64,000 nt of DNA from Bugula neritina (Eukaryota > Animalia > Bryozoa), in contig OZ037766.1 of NCBI GenBank assembly GCA_964035545.1, forward strand, positions 1,302,001-1,366,000, given 5' to 3'. This document shows, piece by piece, positions 36,401-50,000 of this stretch. Within the stretch, counting starts at the first letter, position 1. The number at the start of each line of letters is the position of its first letter. The notes beneath the pieces were generated by a model, which was given only the letters and a program-made list of their open reading frames with translations, did not search any database and was not told the DNA's origin. The position numbers and the translations under genes were made by a program.

Positions 36401-39400
36401 AATTGATTGGTACAGAAATTGCTGCTAGCCATCTGTTATCTAATATAACAGATGCCACTAAGGTACAAGGGGCAGCAAGATGAGGATACACATAATATGT
36501 AAAATATTTAAATAAATCCATGAAGTGGAATTGTTATTATAATTTTAGAAAATTTTATTTATAAGTTTATAGGCTAATAAATTTAAAGGAGACAAATTTT
36601 TTTGAAGACAGATATTTCACTGCAAATATCTACTCAGAATTTAGATTAGAATTTTATAAAATAACAGAACAACAGAACTTAAAAGTATTTTGCTTCCATG
36701 TGTTTCTTTCCAACTTCAATCAACCACAACGCTGTCCATCCCATATGTTTGTGTCTATAAATAAGACTAACCTAATAGCATTTGACTACTAAGTATAGCA
36801 GCTTGGTATGGCTATTAGCAGTGAAACCTTTGGGCTCATTTTCTAAGCCAAAAATATTTACTTATTACAAAAAATGACAAAATCAGCCATTTAGAGCGGT
36901 GATGGCCATAATAAAACTGTTAGATACATTGTTGAGCTGATTTTGTAATACTTGGGCTCAAGACAGAAATTACTGTATCAATTCATATCCCCCCCCCCAA
37001 CCCATATATACTCTCTTCTATTACACCTAGGCTACTGTGTCCCACTATTTCATCAAATATGCCTAGTACTAAAATATTCCTTCCACCAATCCATCAATGT
37101 TAGAATAGACTTTAAGATCACTATAGTTGAATGGAACCTATGCAAATAACTACTGCATAACCCCCTCTAATATGGGTCAGCTTTATCCACTCACCACCTG
37201 CTAAACTTGCCAAAGTTACTGTAAAAGTATGTCAATAATGTGACAGCCACAGCCATCTAAATTTATGCTGCTAAAAATTTATACTGTAATGCTGTAAGCC
37301 AACACATTCAGTGAAGCTGACAACTTTAATGTAATTTCTCAAGGTCAAATTTCTCTTGAGCTTCTTTACGTTTCAAACCAAAAAAGAAATGAATTTCTGG
37401 TGGTGGTGAATTTATACACACCCAACGTTTAGTTTAGAGAAAGTTACATTAAAACCCATTAAAAAAATCAAGTACCCAGTAAAAGAAAAGAGAAAACTCT
37501 GCTCATTGTATTATATCAACGATGGCATAGGGCTACTCCCCCCACCTAAAAAACCCCAAGAAGCTAATCACGAGAGTCTAGTTGTTTCTACCCGACACAT
37601 ATTAGGAAGTTCATTTAAATGCCCCCTTTTTATTAGTTTTAGTAATATGCCTTCCTATGCCTCCACTTGAGGGAGAAATGCACATTAATTATGTTTATTA
37701 AGGCTGAACTCTGCCTGTGCTTGAGATATTTAATCTACTTAAAGCTTGTCTAACCTATTTGATTTTAATCTCCACCCACACATAGTATGTTTTGCATATA
37801 GATGGGGGCTTCATAGTTACAACTATTGTCATATAGAATTGAAACTGATTGGTAACAAAAGCCGAATAACAGAAAGGAATGTCAATTAACATTCACCCAA
37901 CCATAGAGCTTGACATTTTAATAAAATATGTTTCCTCACAAATGAAATTCCTGCCTTTTAACAAAATATAAGGGCCATTGCCTAGTTTTACAGACAAATT
38001 GCAGCTCTGACAGTTATTAAATGGGCTGAAATTAGTAATTTTGTACTTTTAATTAGCTTTGACCCATTACTAATTGGTTAACGTTGCTGATGCATATATA
38101 ATATCATTCAAAATATTATAATCCAAATAATGAGACAGATATAATTACAATACTATTGTTCTATACCCACTGAGAGTATTTAGTTTCTATGGTTACGCTT
38201 ACATGCAGTAGGTTTAAGTACTCAGCCAATATCAACATTTTCTCGTTTACAAAGATATAGCACATTGTTCTAGCCAATATATTAGGTTTAACTTGACCGG
38301 TTGGCAAGGTAAACCATGGTAAAGTATTATAATGAAATTTAAACAATTATAAAATGAGTTGTTGAATGCTTAGAAATATACATAATTCCATATTTTTCAA
38401 CACTGGGCAGTTTAAACCTAAATCAATTTGAATAGTTATACTTATAGTCACATTGACATTCAATCATATGAGTAATCAGCAATCACAATGACTACTTAGT
38501 GACTATTGATTATTAACTCTTATAAAAACTGATAGAAACTATGACAATTTTTATTCTATTTATTGTTGATAACTAATGCTGCACTATCTAATAGTAATAC
38601 TAATACTAATAGCAGCAGCAATATTAAATTTACAAGAATTAGCAGAGCCAGATCTTACCAACAGCGCGGTCTGAGGTAGCTATGATTGCCCAGTAGTAGT
38701 GCTTTAAATCTAATTCACTGAAGAAACCTATCAACCATACAGCCCAGCTCCTTCTTAGCTCCCACTCAAAGTGATATTGTGTTACTATGGACTGTAATAA
38801 TTATACAACTTGTTGCAACGCATGGTAAAAGGCCAGTGGTTGGCTATGAATCATCCATTCAGTGAGGGTGTCGCTCGTTGCGGCGTCTGCAAGGATGAGT
38901 GTCACGCTCCAATTCACAGATGACTCGCAAAGCGCATACGTAAACCACTCAAAAAACATAAATTAAAATTCTTATAACTTATAAGCAGCAAAAATAGAAA
39001 ATAAGTACGTTTTTAATTTTGTTATAAAGAGCACACCGTTATGTAATAAACAAAGAATAAAAGGGACGCATATGAGTCAGACCTGGCCTAGTTACTAAAA
39101 CAAATTCATTTTGAAAGAGCATCAGCCGAGGTTAGTTAAACTTTCATCATGCAGTAACTCAATACCAGAAAAAGTCAAAAGTCTGCAATTATAGACAACA
39201 TATCTTTTTTTACAATAATAATACCACATCATTAGATTTCCAAAGAAAGATACTTTATTATATACCATAAAGACTACTGACTATAGATATTATAAACTCC
39301 AAAAGAACCTTGTGTAGTTTTACAGTTTAAGGTTGCAAAATAATTTTATATAAAAAAAATATTGTGTTATGTTGTTTATATTGCATTACACTTTTATATC

Positions 39401-40837
39401 TAAATGAGACAGGAACAGGAAATATTATGTAATACATTCAGCATAGAAATAATAATGATATCATTATATTATTATTACTCAACCCTGATTATATCACTGT
39501 ATTATTATGTCAACATTATAATTTATGTTAAAATAATAATCCAGTGATACATATCAACTTAGTATTGTTACTGTTTAGCAGTATTAAGCGTAGGGCCACG
39601 CGGGTTTTCTCTCACGCCACGGGCGTGTAAAACGCATCGTCTTTAGACCTTGGCCCAAAGTGGTATACTGATATAAGTTATATTATGGGAAGTGACTAAG
39701 AACCTACCATAGCATAGCCTTAGAACCAGAATAATCTAGTCTCTACTATACTCCCTAAGATTTGAAGGTCTACATGTGTACAAGAGGACCTCACAAAAAC
39801 CAGCTGTTTAAAAAACCTGAGGGTAACACTTTGCATACTATGTTCCGAAATGTGTAAATATTCAAATGTTGCTCATTTTCTGATATAAATACAAAACTTT
39901 TGCTAGCAAAAACATGTCATTACAAAAAGCTTTCTATCACAACTCTGTTTTCATGGCACAGCAGAAAAATATTAATGTCAAGAGGCCTTTAGCATTTGTC
40001 TCCCCTGATTCTGAGTTAGTAAATATTGAGGCAACTTTGGCTGTTGGTAGCTACACAAGCAATTGATGGTGTAGTGGCCTAGTTACGACGACTCTTAATG
40101 AAAAATGACTCTACTTACAATTTTAGTCATAATGATTTATTTCTACACTTGACTATAATAAATAGACCTGAGGGAGTTAGTTGACAGATTAGGTTCTAAT
40201 TTCAACTGCATCTCACCTCAAATATAGATTTTAAAGTTTCTTTCAAGTTTTTAAAATAGTTGAAGTAATAAATCAATATTGAATGAGAGAGCATGCAGTT
40301 TTGATGAGCCCTGGTACATCGCTGAACATATATACACACTAGGCCTAAGCATATCCTGTTTTCATCTCAAGTTAATTCTAACCGATGTTTTTTAATTTTC
40401 CAAATCATCAATTTATCTGACTGTCTAAAATTTGAGGTAATTATATGCAAGATACTACAAGCAGCTATTACGGAGTACAATGAATTAGCTACAAAGTATA
40501 CAGCAAATCCAAATAGTTTGCATAAATATTAAACTAACTAAGCAAAGTTTATATAAACTTGCAAAATTTGCAGCCATAGTTGTGCATTATATGTTTGTAG
40601 AGTGACACTATAATTACATGCATTATTACTCATTAATAACATTCATAGCATTGCATTACATTGTAATCACCCTGGTAATGAGATATACCCCTGTAGTAAG
40701 CTACATTCACTGGTGGCCTTTAAATACAGCTGCATACAGCTGCATAGTATAATCATATCTTAGAGTTAAGCTAATGATTTCAGCTTTTAATCAAAATCGG
40801 TTGTAAGAGTTTCATTTTAATTTTGAAGAAGAAATCA

Positions 40838-41232
40838 ACAATAGTAATACTATGTAGTGCACAGAGACAATAGTATTACTATGTAGTGTACAGAGACAAT
40901 AGTAATACTATGTAGTGTACAGAGACAATAGTAATACTATGTAGTGTACAGAGACAGTAGTAATACTATGTAGTGTACAGAGACAGTAGTAATACTATGT
41001 AGTGTACAGAGACAATAGTAATATTATGTAGTGCACAGAGACAATAGTAATACTATGTAGTGTACAGAGACAGTAGTAATACTATGTTGTGTACAGAGAC
41101 AACAGTAATATTATGTAGTGCACAGAGACAATAGTAATACTATGTAGTGTACAGAGACAGTAGTAATACTATGTAGTGCACAGAGACAATAGTAATATTA
41201 TGTTGTGTACAGAGACAATAGTAATACTATGT
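40838..41232. repeat. 29-bp minisatellite ACAATAGTAATACTATGTAGTGTACAGAG, ~13 copies
   Basis: Visible near-perfect tandem units. Confidence 0.92.
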
Positions 41233-42395
41233 TGGAACGTATCAAATTGTCACAGATATGGTGACCTAAATTATATTATGACAAGGTGGAAGGAAAGAAT
41301 TACCTGTATAAATTAGACACCCACCCCCACACAATAATTACCCACACCCATGTCTCACCTGTCCCACAGGTAGGCCTATCAAATGAGTTGTGACTCATTC
41401 GGTAATTACTAGTCCACCTACACTTTAAATTCCAGAACCTTTATACCTCCTTCAATTTTTACACAGTTAACTGAAATGTAGGAAAATGTGATTTTAATCA
41501 ATGTTTAATTTAAACAATTTAACAAAGGTTTAATTTGCATATATTTAGTTCAACTTCAGCTGTAGAAAACTAGGCTGAAGTACAAGACAAGATATTGGAT
41601 AGACTTGCATTGAGATGAGAGAGTTTATATCCCCCATCTCTCTAATCATAAAGCTATAAAGAACTATATTGGCATATAATCTATAGTTACTAAGAGAGTT
41701 CCTAGTATATAATACTCTGCAATATAAACATTCTAATAATAACATAATATTATTATTACAGTCCATCATTTTCCACTGTTGACTGTCTGGTATTTGAACT
41801 TGTCTATTATATAAAGTATTATAATAACTGCTAGAGATCATAGACCATAGTGTAGATCAGTGGATCTAATATACAATGTTATTCACTCATTTCTTTTATG
41901 GAGTCATGCATGACAGAAAATGTTTAAAATTGGCTTTGAAAATATTTAAATGTAATAATATTCTTGCTAATAATATAGCTATACCAGCCTTCAGATATAG
42001 CCTCAGACTATTGTGTGTGGTTTCATTAGATGCAACTGTTCCCAAACAAAATCCAGTAGAATAATTCGAGCTTGGGGACGTAGATCATATACATTAAGCA
42101 TACAGACAGTAAGATAAGCACCCAAACCCTTGCTTTAAAGAGCATTGGAGGTGCCAACCCAACTGACACTCCAATAAAACACTGTGTTACATATTCTATA
42201 ACTACCACCCACCTACTTTTCTCTAGCAATTACCTACACGGCAATATAAATAGTTTAACTGGTGCAAGATAAAAGAATAGGCTGTATACTTCATCTACAA
42301 TTCCCAAATGTGTAGCAATAATAATTTTAACATAGCGACATGTTACTAAGGAAATGGCATATACAAACTCGGCTTGAGTCAATACATGAAGCCCT

Positions 42396-42634
42396 GGCCT
42401 AGTTAAGCACTCAATCATACTAGCATGCTGGTAGCAATGCGACATCCCCAGCAAGTGCTTGCAAGTGCCTGCTATGACAAGTGACAATCTCTATAAAGGT
42501 ATAACATTCCTGTGCAATGCTTACACTGGTTAGTCACAACTTACCAAGTCAATGACATGAGGTTGCAAGTGCTTGATCTAGCAAGTGAACCACCTGCAAG
42601 TACCTTGCATGCTATGGTTAAGCACTAAATAGGC
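42396..42634. mobile_element. Degenerate foldback/MITE-like element with internal GCAAGT repeats
   Basis: Ends GCCTAGTTAAGCACT...TAGCATGC and GCATGCTATGGTTAAGCACTAAATAGGC are imperfectly inverted; multiple GCAAGT(G) motifs inside. Confidence 0.3.
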
Positions 42635-44755
42635 TAATTGCTATACTCCTTTGCAACATATTAGCAAATTTATTGGTATTCAGTCTATGGACTTTGTTTC
42701 ATTCAGTAGGACACAAATGTTTGTTCTGAGATGCACGAAGTGGGAAAGACTTAACATAGCATAGTAAACCTTATGATACTGAGACTGCTGATGATAGTAT
42801 CTATAAAGGCATGCTGTATGTATACTATACAAATACAGTGTTAGCTTGAATGGCTAAACTGAACGCAGATAAAGAACATTTCTAAAAGATTTTACGGTGT
42901 ATAAAAGGTATATAATATCAGGTTAGATGCAATACCTGATGTTTTGCCAGACAAAGAAAGGCATAGGGTGACGGACTTTGATTTGCTATCACAGTGAGAT
43001 ATCAAATAAAACATAAAAGCTAATAGAGCTGACATTATCCAGTTACACACAATATAACACACAGACTCTTACACAAGGTTAATATACATACTATTCTTAA
43101 ACATTATGAAATACCTCCTGGTGTAACATGCAGGAACATGGAGGCTAAAGTACAAAGAATATTACGAGCTGTGAGTTTGCATTACAGTATAAAGTACGTC
43201 ACACACATTACACATGCTGCTGTAGAGCAGAACTTGCGTTCATATCTGTTGGTCAGCATGGAAGGAGGGAGTTGATTAAACTAGGGCAATTTCAAAGCTC
43301 TACAATTGGGGCACAATTGCATTACAGGATTCTTGTCCTAATATGGTATATAAACTACATTTTATATCAACTAATGAAATTAAAAAACAAAGCATGACTA
43401 TATTTCACCCAGATGACTGAATTCAAACAACATACAAACTTGCAGCAATGAAAACATGATTATACGACCAAAGGTCAGAATTTTTGTGCCAAACAGTTTC
43501 TGGTTTAGCAATTGATGTTTATTTACTTTAGTGGGAAACACTGCAGTTTATGTGGTATAAATAACACAATATGCTGCCTGAATCATTCCATTATTATGTA
43601 ATATTCACTATTTTCTACTTTGTAATGCGACTTGCTAAAATATTCTACTAGATATCTAAAAATAATAAGTTTACCTCTTCAATCTTCAGATACATAATTA
43701 TAATAAGACATCAGTGTAACAGTTGAATTCAACAACTGTCGTTGTGCAAGACTAAAAGTAAATTTAAAGAAAGCTTAGAAGTTTTAAGATTTTCGTATAT
43801 TAACACTCACCAACTTTAAGTGAAAGACTTCTGGTGATTGTCCAGTGTTGATAATTGAGTAGAATTTCAGTAATCATTCAATCACCTACTCTGATCAATT
43901 GAACTAGAAATTTATTTTTAGAGCCAACACACCACAGCGTGAAAGACGCACAAAAATACTAGCAGCTAAAGCACGCGGGTAGTAGGTTAATATAATACCA
44001 ATTGTAATCTTTCATCAATTGATACTAGTGTTATACCGCGGTAACCAATGGTTACTAAACAAGGCCCTGGATCGAGAATGAATATAGAGGGCACAACTCT
44101 TAAGTTGGAAGACTTTCCAATATAATATTATACATTATGCATAATACTGACTATACCTATTTTATATTACCAATTTATGTTACCAGAGTGATCGTAACTA
44201 CTGCAGGCATTTTACGAACCATAAATTACCTTTCTGATGAATACCTGATAAGTGTAATTAATAACCAAATATTTAAAAACTCTTGCCATAATATTAGCCT
44301 GGAAATACTTACTGAATAATAAATTGAATCAGTTGGTGCTTTTTAGTATACTGTGATTTAATCAAGCTTATAAGCTAATTTATAGCAAACTAATCAAGAT
44401 AGTTGCGGTTTTGTCTCAACACATTCCTAAAGGAAACCTTCAACACGAGCTTCCTCAAACTATTATGAGTTGTCTACTCTTGTGAACGAAATCTGCTTTT
44501 TTATATAACCAGGGGAACACAACTTTATCAATTTGATTTAACAGTATTCCATGCTTTTTCAAGAGGGAATTAGTGTCACTTTAAACCAGAATACTAAACT
44601 TGTCTTATGATTTTTATAATTTATATTTGGTATAAAAATAACTAACAGTAGGTATTAACAGTTCGAATACAATAAGTCTTACAGAGAGAAAATCATTTTA
44701 ATAGTTGGCCTCTCACTGACGAGCCCAATTCAATTTTTAACAAATAAGTAACAAA

Positions 44756-46989
44756 TTACTTCATCATCTCCTCTTTAAGTTTCTTTTCTTTCATGATATC
44801 AGTAGTGATTTCAGATTGCACTTTCTGCCATTTTTGTACTAAGGCTGAGGGCATTTTATTGCTTTTTTTAGACTTTTTAGTCTTGTGCTTGTCCTTAGAG
44901 TGTTTAGTGTCAGCACTTGATTCGCTGGAGGTATTTGGTTGAGCCAATGTGTCACTAGTTGCCACTTTGACAGGTGACAGTTTGACAGCTGGCGCTGAGC
45001 TAGTGTTACTCTGGGTGTAGGAAGACTGTGAGGTGTCATTTAATAAGGAGCTTTGACTGTATATGACAGGTGCTTCTGCAAGCACAGGAGCTGCTTGCTG
45101 ATTGGCTAACACAGGTTTGGCAGGTTGCTGGTAAAACATGGGAGCTGTATACTGACTGGGTGAAGGCTTGGCAGGTTGTTGATAAAACATTGGGGCGACA
45201 GCTTTAGAATAGCGAGCTGGTTGTGCAGTACTCGGCTGTGTATGATCTTCCGTTCCTGGTGGAGGTGGTGGTGGTGAGGAAACCCTCTGTTTTCTTAATT
45301 TAGCCTGAGTTTCTACCTCGATTGAGGCCAGGAAATCATCGATAGAACTCGAATCTATGTGATGGTTTAGGTCATTAGCATTATTTGAGGGATCTGTTGA
45401 TACATTGACTGATGATGTAGAGTGAGTAGGATGTACCGGAGTAGATGGCCCAGATGGAGGTAAGCTTGGTGCTCTAGAAGAGGCTGGACTAGAGAAAGGG
45501 GAGATGTCCATCTCTTCTGCACATGGCTCCGTTAATAACTCAGTGGAGCTGGGCTTATCTGTCAATATCCCATTCACACTTTGTTCAGCTGCTTCAGAGT
45601 TGGCAGCTGACACACCACCAGCAACGTCAGCGACTTTGGTTACACTAAGGGAGTCAGCAGTCTTTACTTTACCCAGAGTCTCTGCGGTTGGCAAATGAGA
45701 ATCCTTCACATCTGGTACTGAGTCTAAAGTGTCTTTTTCAGCTGCAGTGAGCAGAGGAGGATCCTGTTTGTGTCTTGTGAGTGAATCGAGATTCTTCGCT
45801 TTGGTTACTGCATTACAAGTGGTAATATCAGCAGATGTAGAGTTGGTTAGACAGACTGAGTGTTTTGTAGGAGCAGCACTTGGCGGTATATCCGCAACAG
45901 GGATTGGTCGAACTGAAACCACCGAGCTACCAGTTCTCACCGAGCTAGACTTAGCATTACTCTCCTCTGTCAGGTCAACTACAGGATCTGGCTTAGTCTT
46001 GTGCTGGTTCAGTTTCCGCTTCAGTGCTATCAGTTCAGCAGACGCATCCTTCACTGGTTTAATTTTCACGGGGGAATCAGGAGACCTACTTCGGCTGTGC
46101 TTTTTATGTTTAGACTTTTTCCTTTCCGTGTTAGACTTATCTTTCTTATGTTTGCTGTGCTTTTTACTCTTTTTCTCAGATTTTTCAGATTTCCGTTTAT
46201 GTTTAGACTTTTTTGACCGGTGAGCGTCGTCTGATGCTGAGCCGTCAGACTCGGGAGATCGCGACCTTTTAACAGCCTTGACATCGCTGTCGGAGATCAC
46301 CTTGTTAGGCTGTATTCTATTATACGCTATCTTAGCAGGGTCACTCTCAGATTGCTCTCCACCTTTACCCTCATCAGGTGGCGTGACGGCTTCACTGAGT
46401 TTACTCGCCAGACTGTCACCCGCACACTTATCTATAATCTTCTCAATGAACAGGGCCTTCAGGTCGGCATCAACGACCTTGGCCTCGATAGCCTGTGAGA
46501 GTTGAGACAGCGTGCCCATAGGCTGAGTTGTCTTCCTTCGACTCTTGGAGCTGCTCTTGTGTTTAGAAGCGAGTTTACGCACAGCTTCTACGTCCTCTTC
46601 CGGGTACGTCCAGGAGATATCCTCGCTGATCTCGTGTATGTAGTAGTACTGCTTCTCCTTCCTGCTCCAGTTACACCTCCAGCCAGCAGGGGCCGACTCT
46701 GCCTCACATACCTCCAGCAGACCGTCTGTCTCCTCTAGCTTCTCTATCAGGTACTCTGTAAGTAGTGCAAAACTGATATGATACACACTGCTGCTACTAC
46801 CGCTGCTACTACTACTACTGCTACTACTACTACTACTGCTGCTACTACTGCTGCTACTAGTACTACTACTACTACCACCACTACTACTACTACCACCACT
46901 ACTACTACCGCTACCACTACCACTACCGCTACTAATACTACTACTAATACTACTGCTACTACTACTATTACTACTGCTGCTACTACTAC

Positions 46990-47030
<41 letters not shown>

Positions 47031-50000
47031 GTACTACTACTACTAGTACTACAGCTACTACTACTACTACTACTACTGCTACTACTACCGCTACTACTAC
47101 CACTACTACTACTACTACTAGTACTACAGCTACTACTACTACTACTACTACTAGTACTACTATTACTGTTACTACTAAGTAACTCACGTTTACTAAGCCC
47201 TCCTGCCTGCCAATCATCTAGTCGTGTCTTCATCTGTAGTAGAAGTGTTTGTAACTTAGACATGCCTTCAACAGTCACATCCAGAAACTCGAGTTTATCG
47301 AGTATGACAGACGAGTATTCCGTGATCTCCACAGACGAGAGTCCGCCACTTCCTTTGTCCTCATCTGGGGACTCTTCTGGCGGAGGAGGCGGGGGTGGTG
47401 GAGGCGCCCCTGAACAGTTAGAACAAGTATAATTAAAAACCACAGGAAATAAAACACTGATACTCAGAACTGCAAAAAAATTTACAGTCGATACAATTCT
47501 GGAGAATAATATTCTACTAGTAAAACAATCACCTGAAAAGATAAGAGGAACGTCAGACTGCTGATTGAAGGATAAAGCTGAGTCATGATTGGCTGTATGG
47601 AATGCCAGTGAGGTGTCTGTTAGTCCGTAGGCCAGAGACGCCCCCTGCACTGAGTCGTAGCCCAGGAGCTGCTGGTGGGCAGAGTCATACGGGAAGGTGG
47701 TGCCATCCGCCCCTAACTGATCATACTGTGATACTGCAGAGTTATCATCTCCCGCCTGTACGTAGTGGAACCCCGGGACACCGCTAGCATCTGTGTAGTG
47801 TGCTGACAGTGAATTCTGTGTGGCTGAAGAATCAGTATAAGTAGTGCTAGTCTGAGCTTCCCTCTCTCCCGGGACAGGCTGGTGCACATCCTGTTCCAGC
47901 AGTTCCACTTTACTCTCATTTACTAAAATATACAGAAAGCTCTTTGAAATGTATTTCTCCACATACCCACAATGCAGTGCCTTCTACACTTTCTCTACAA
48001 TTTCTACATCTCTCTACACTCTCCACATCTCTCTCTACACTCTCCACATCTCTCTCTACACTCTCCACATCTCTCTCTACACTCTCCACATCTCTCTCTA
48101 CACTCTCCACATCTCTCTCTACACTCTCCACATCTCTCTACACTCTCCACATCTCTCTCTACACTCTCCACATCTCTCTCTACACTCTCCACATCTCTCT
48201 CTACACTCTCCACATCTCTCTACACTCTCCACATCTCTCTCTACACTCTCCACATCTCTCTACACTCTCCACATCTCTCTACACTCTCCACATCTCTCTC
48301 TACACTCTCCACATCTCTCTCTACACTCTCCACATCTCTCTCTACACTCTCCACATCTCTCTCTACACTCTCCACATCTCTCTACACTCTCCACATCTCT
48401 CTCTACACTCTTCACATCTCTCTACACTCTCCACATCTCTCTCTACACTCTCCACATCTCTCTCTACACTCTCCACATCTCTCTCTACACTCTCCACATC
48501 TCTCTCTACACTCTCCACATTGCCTACATCTCTCTAGGCAAAGTGAATTCAAAGAATCCTAAAGAGAAAGTCAACAAGAAATAAGCGCTACGTGTCAGGA
48601 AACACAATCTCATGTGGAATCACCCCCCCCCTCCCCGAGTGCTCTACTCACGGTCTTCTGCATCTTCATTCTCGTCTTCATCAATAAAAGAGTCTCCATA
48701 GGCTACGAGAGACTTCAACATTCCATGAGACACGGCAGCAGATTCCTCTGCAGAAGTCAGCTTGGTACCGCCTGGTGGCAGAGTACTAGCTCCCCCTGGT
48801 GGCAGAGTACTAGCTCCCCCTGGTGGCAGAGTACTAGCTCCCCCTGGTGGCAGCGCACTAGCTCCTCCTGGTGGCAGCGTACTAGCTCTCCCTGGTGGCA
48901 GAGTACTAGCTCCTCCTGGTGGCAGCGTACTAGCTCTCCCTGGTGGCAGAGTACTAGCTCCCCCTGGTGGCAGAGTACTAGCTCCCCCTGGTGGCAGAGT
49001 ACTGGCTCCCCCTGGTTGTGCTGGAATGTCATTTGATGAGATGTGAGAGTCTGACAGCTGCCTAGCTGACGAAGTTTGAGTGTCGGCATCAGATTCCTCG
49101 TCGCTGCCGTAGCCAGCCACTATGACGGCACCGAGAGCACCCTTGGTTACAGCATCACTTTCTGGTGCTGACTCAGCAGAGACTGTGTTGTTCATACTAG
49201 CGGGCAACTGTGGTCCTAAAACACCACGTATAATGTGTACAAGGACATGAAAACAGTGACATCCGCACAAAAAATGGTGACTTCAACACAAACGGAGACA
49301 TTATGACAAAAATTAAAATAAAATTATCCTAAAAACAGTGAAATAATATTAATAATTAACAAAATTAACTAGACATGACTATTAACCAATCAACAAGCCA
49401 TTACTATGACAACACGAATACTACTAACCAATCTCTGTTTGGATGTCTTCAGATGGGCGGACCAAGTCAGAGCTGCCTTTGGGGGCGGAGTTTGTGGCTG
49501 TCACGAGTTCATCCTTAACTTTGGATAAGGAAGGCATTTTCTTTCTACCAGCCTGTATCGCCTCTCTATACAGTTTATGTTTCACCAGGTATTCTGTGTA
49601 GTCCTGGATACAACACAGTCACAGTTGATAAGTAGCAATGTAACCACTTTGTGTTGAACTAGACTCTAGACTCTAGACAGTATAGACAGTCTAGACAGTA
49701 TAGTGTATCACCTGAGGTATAGTCCAGGTGACTTCGTTAGTCTCAGTATTCCAGTAGTAAAAGTGACTCGTCTTCTCATCCATCAGGTGCTGCCACGCTG
49801 TCGTTGGCTCAACAATCGGCTCTTCGTCATCTTTCATCTCTTCACTCTCTGCAAAAAAACAAATCCTTCAATTATTTCATTAGTTATTTGGACACCATAA
49901 TCTATAAAGATGCCGCCGCCACCACCATTACTACTACTAACAGCTACGAACAGCTACTACCACCACTACTAGCAAGAGTTACTACTACTAACAGCTACTA

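Noticed and set aside
44756-47962. 1068-aa single-exon protein from the ORF track
   Set aside because: It starts inside an intron and reads through two GT-AG introns; it is the 3' part of the spliced FNBP4-like gene.
46747-48584. Poly-Val, poly-Thr and SLHSPHL/LSTLSTS-type ORFs
   Set aside because: Translations of microsatellite and minisatellite DNA.
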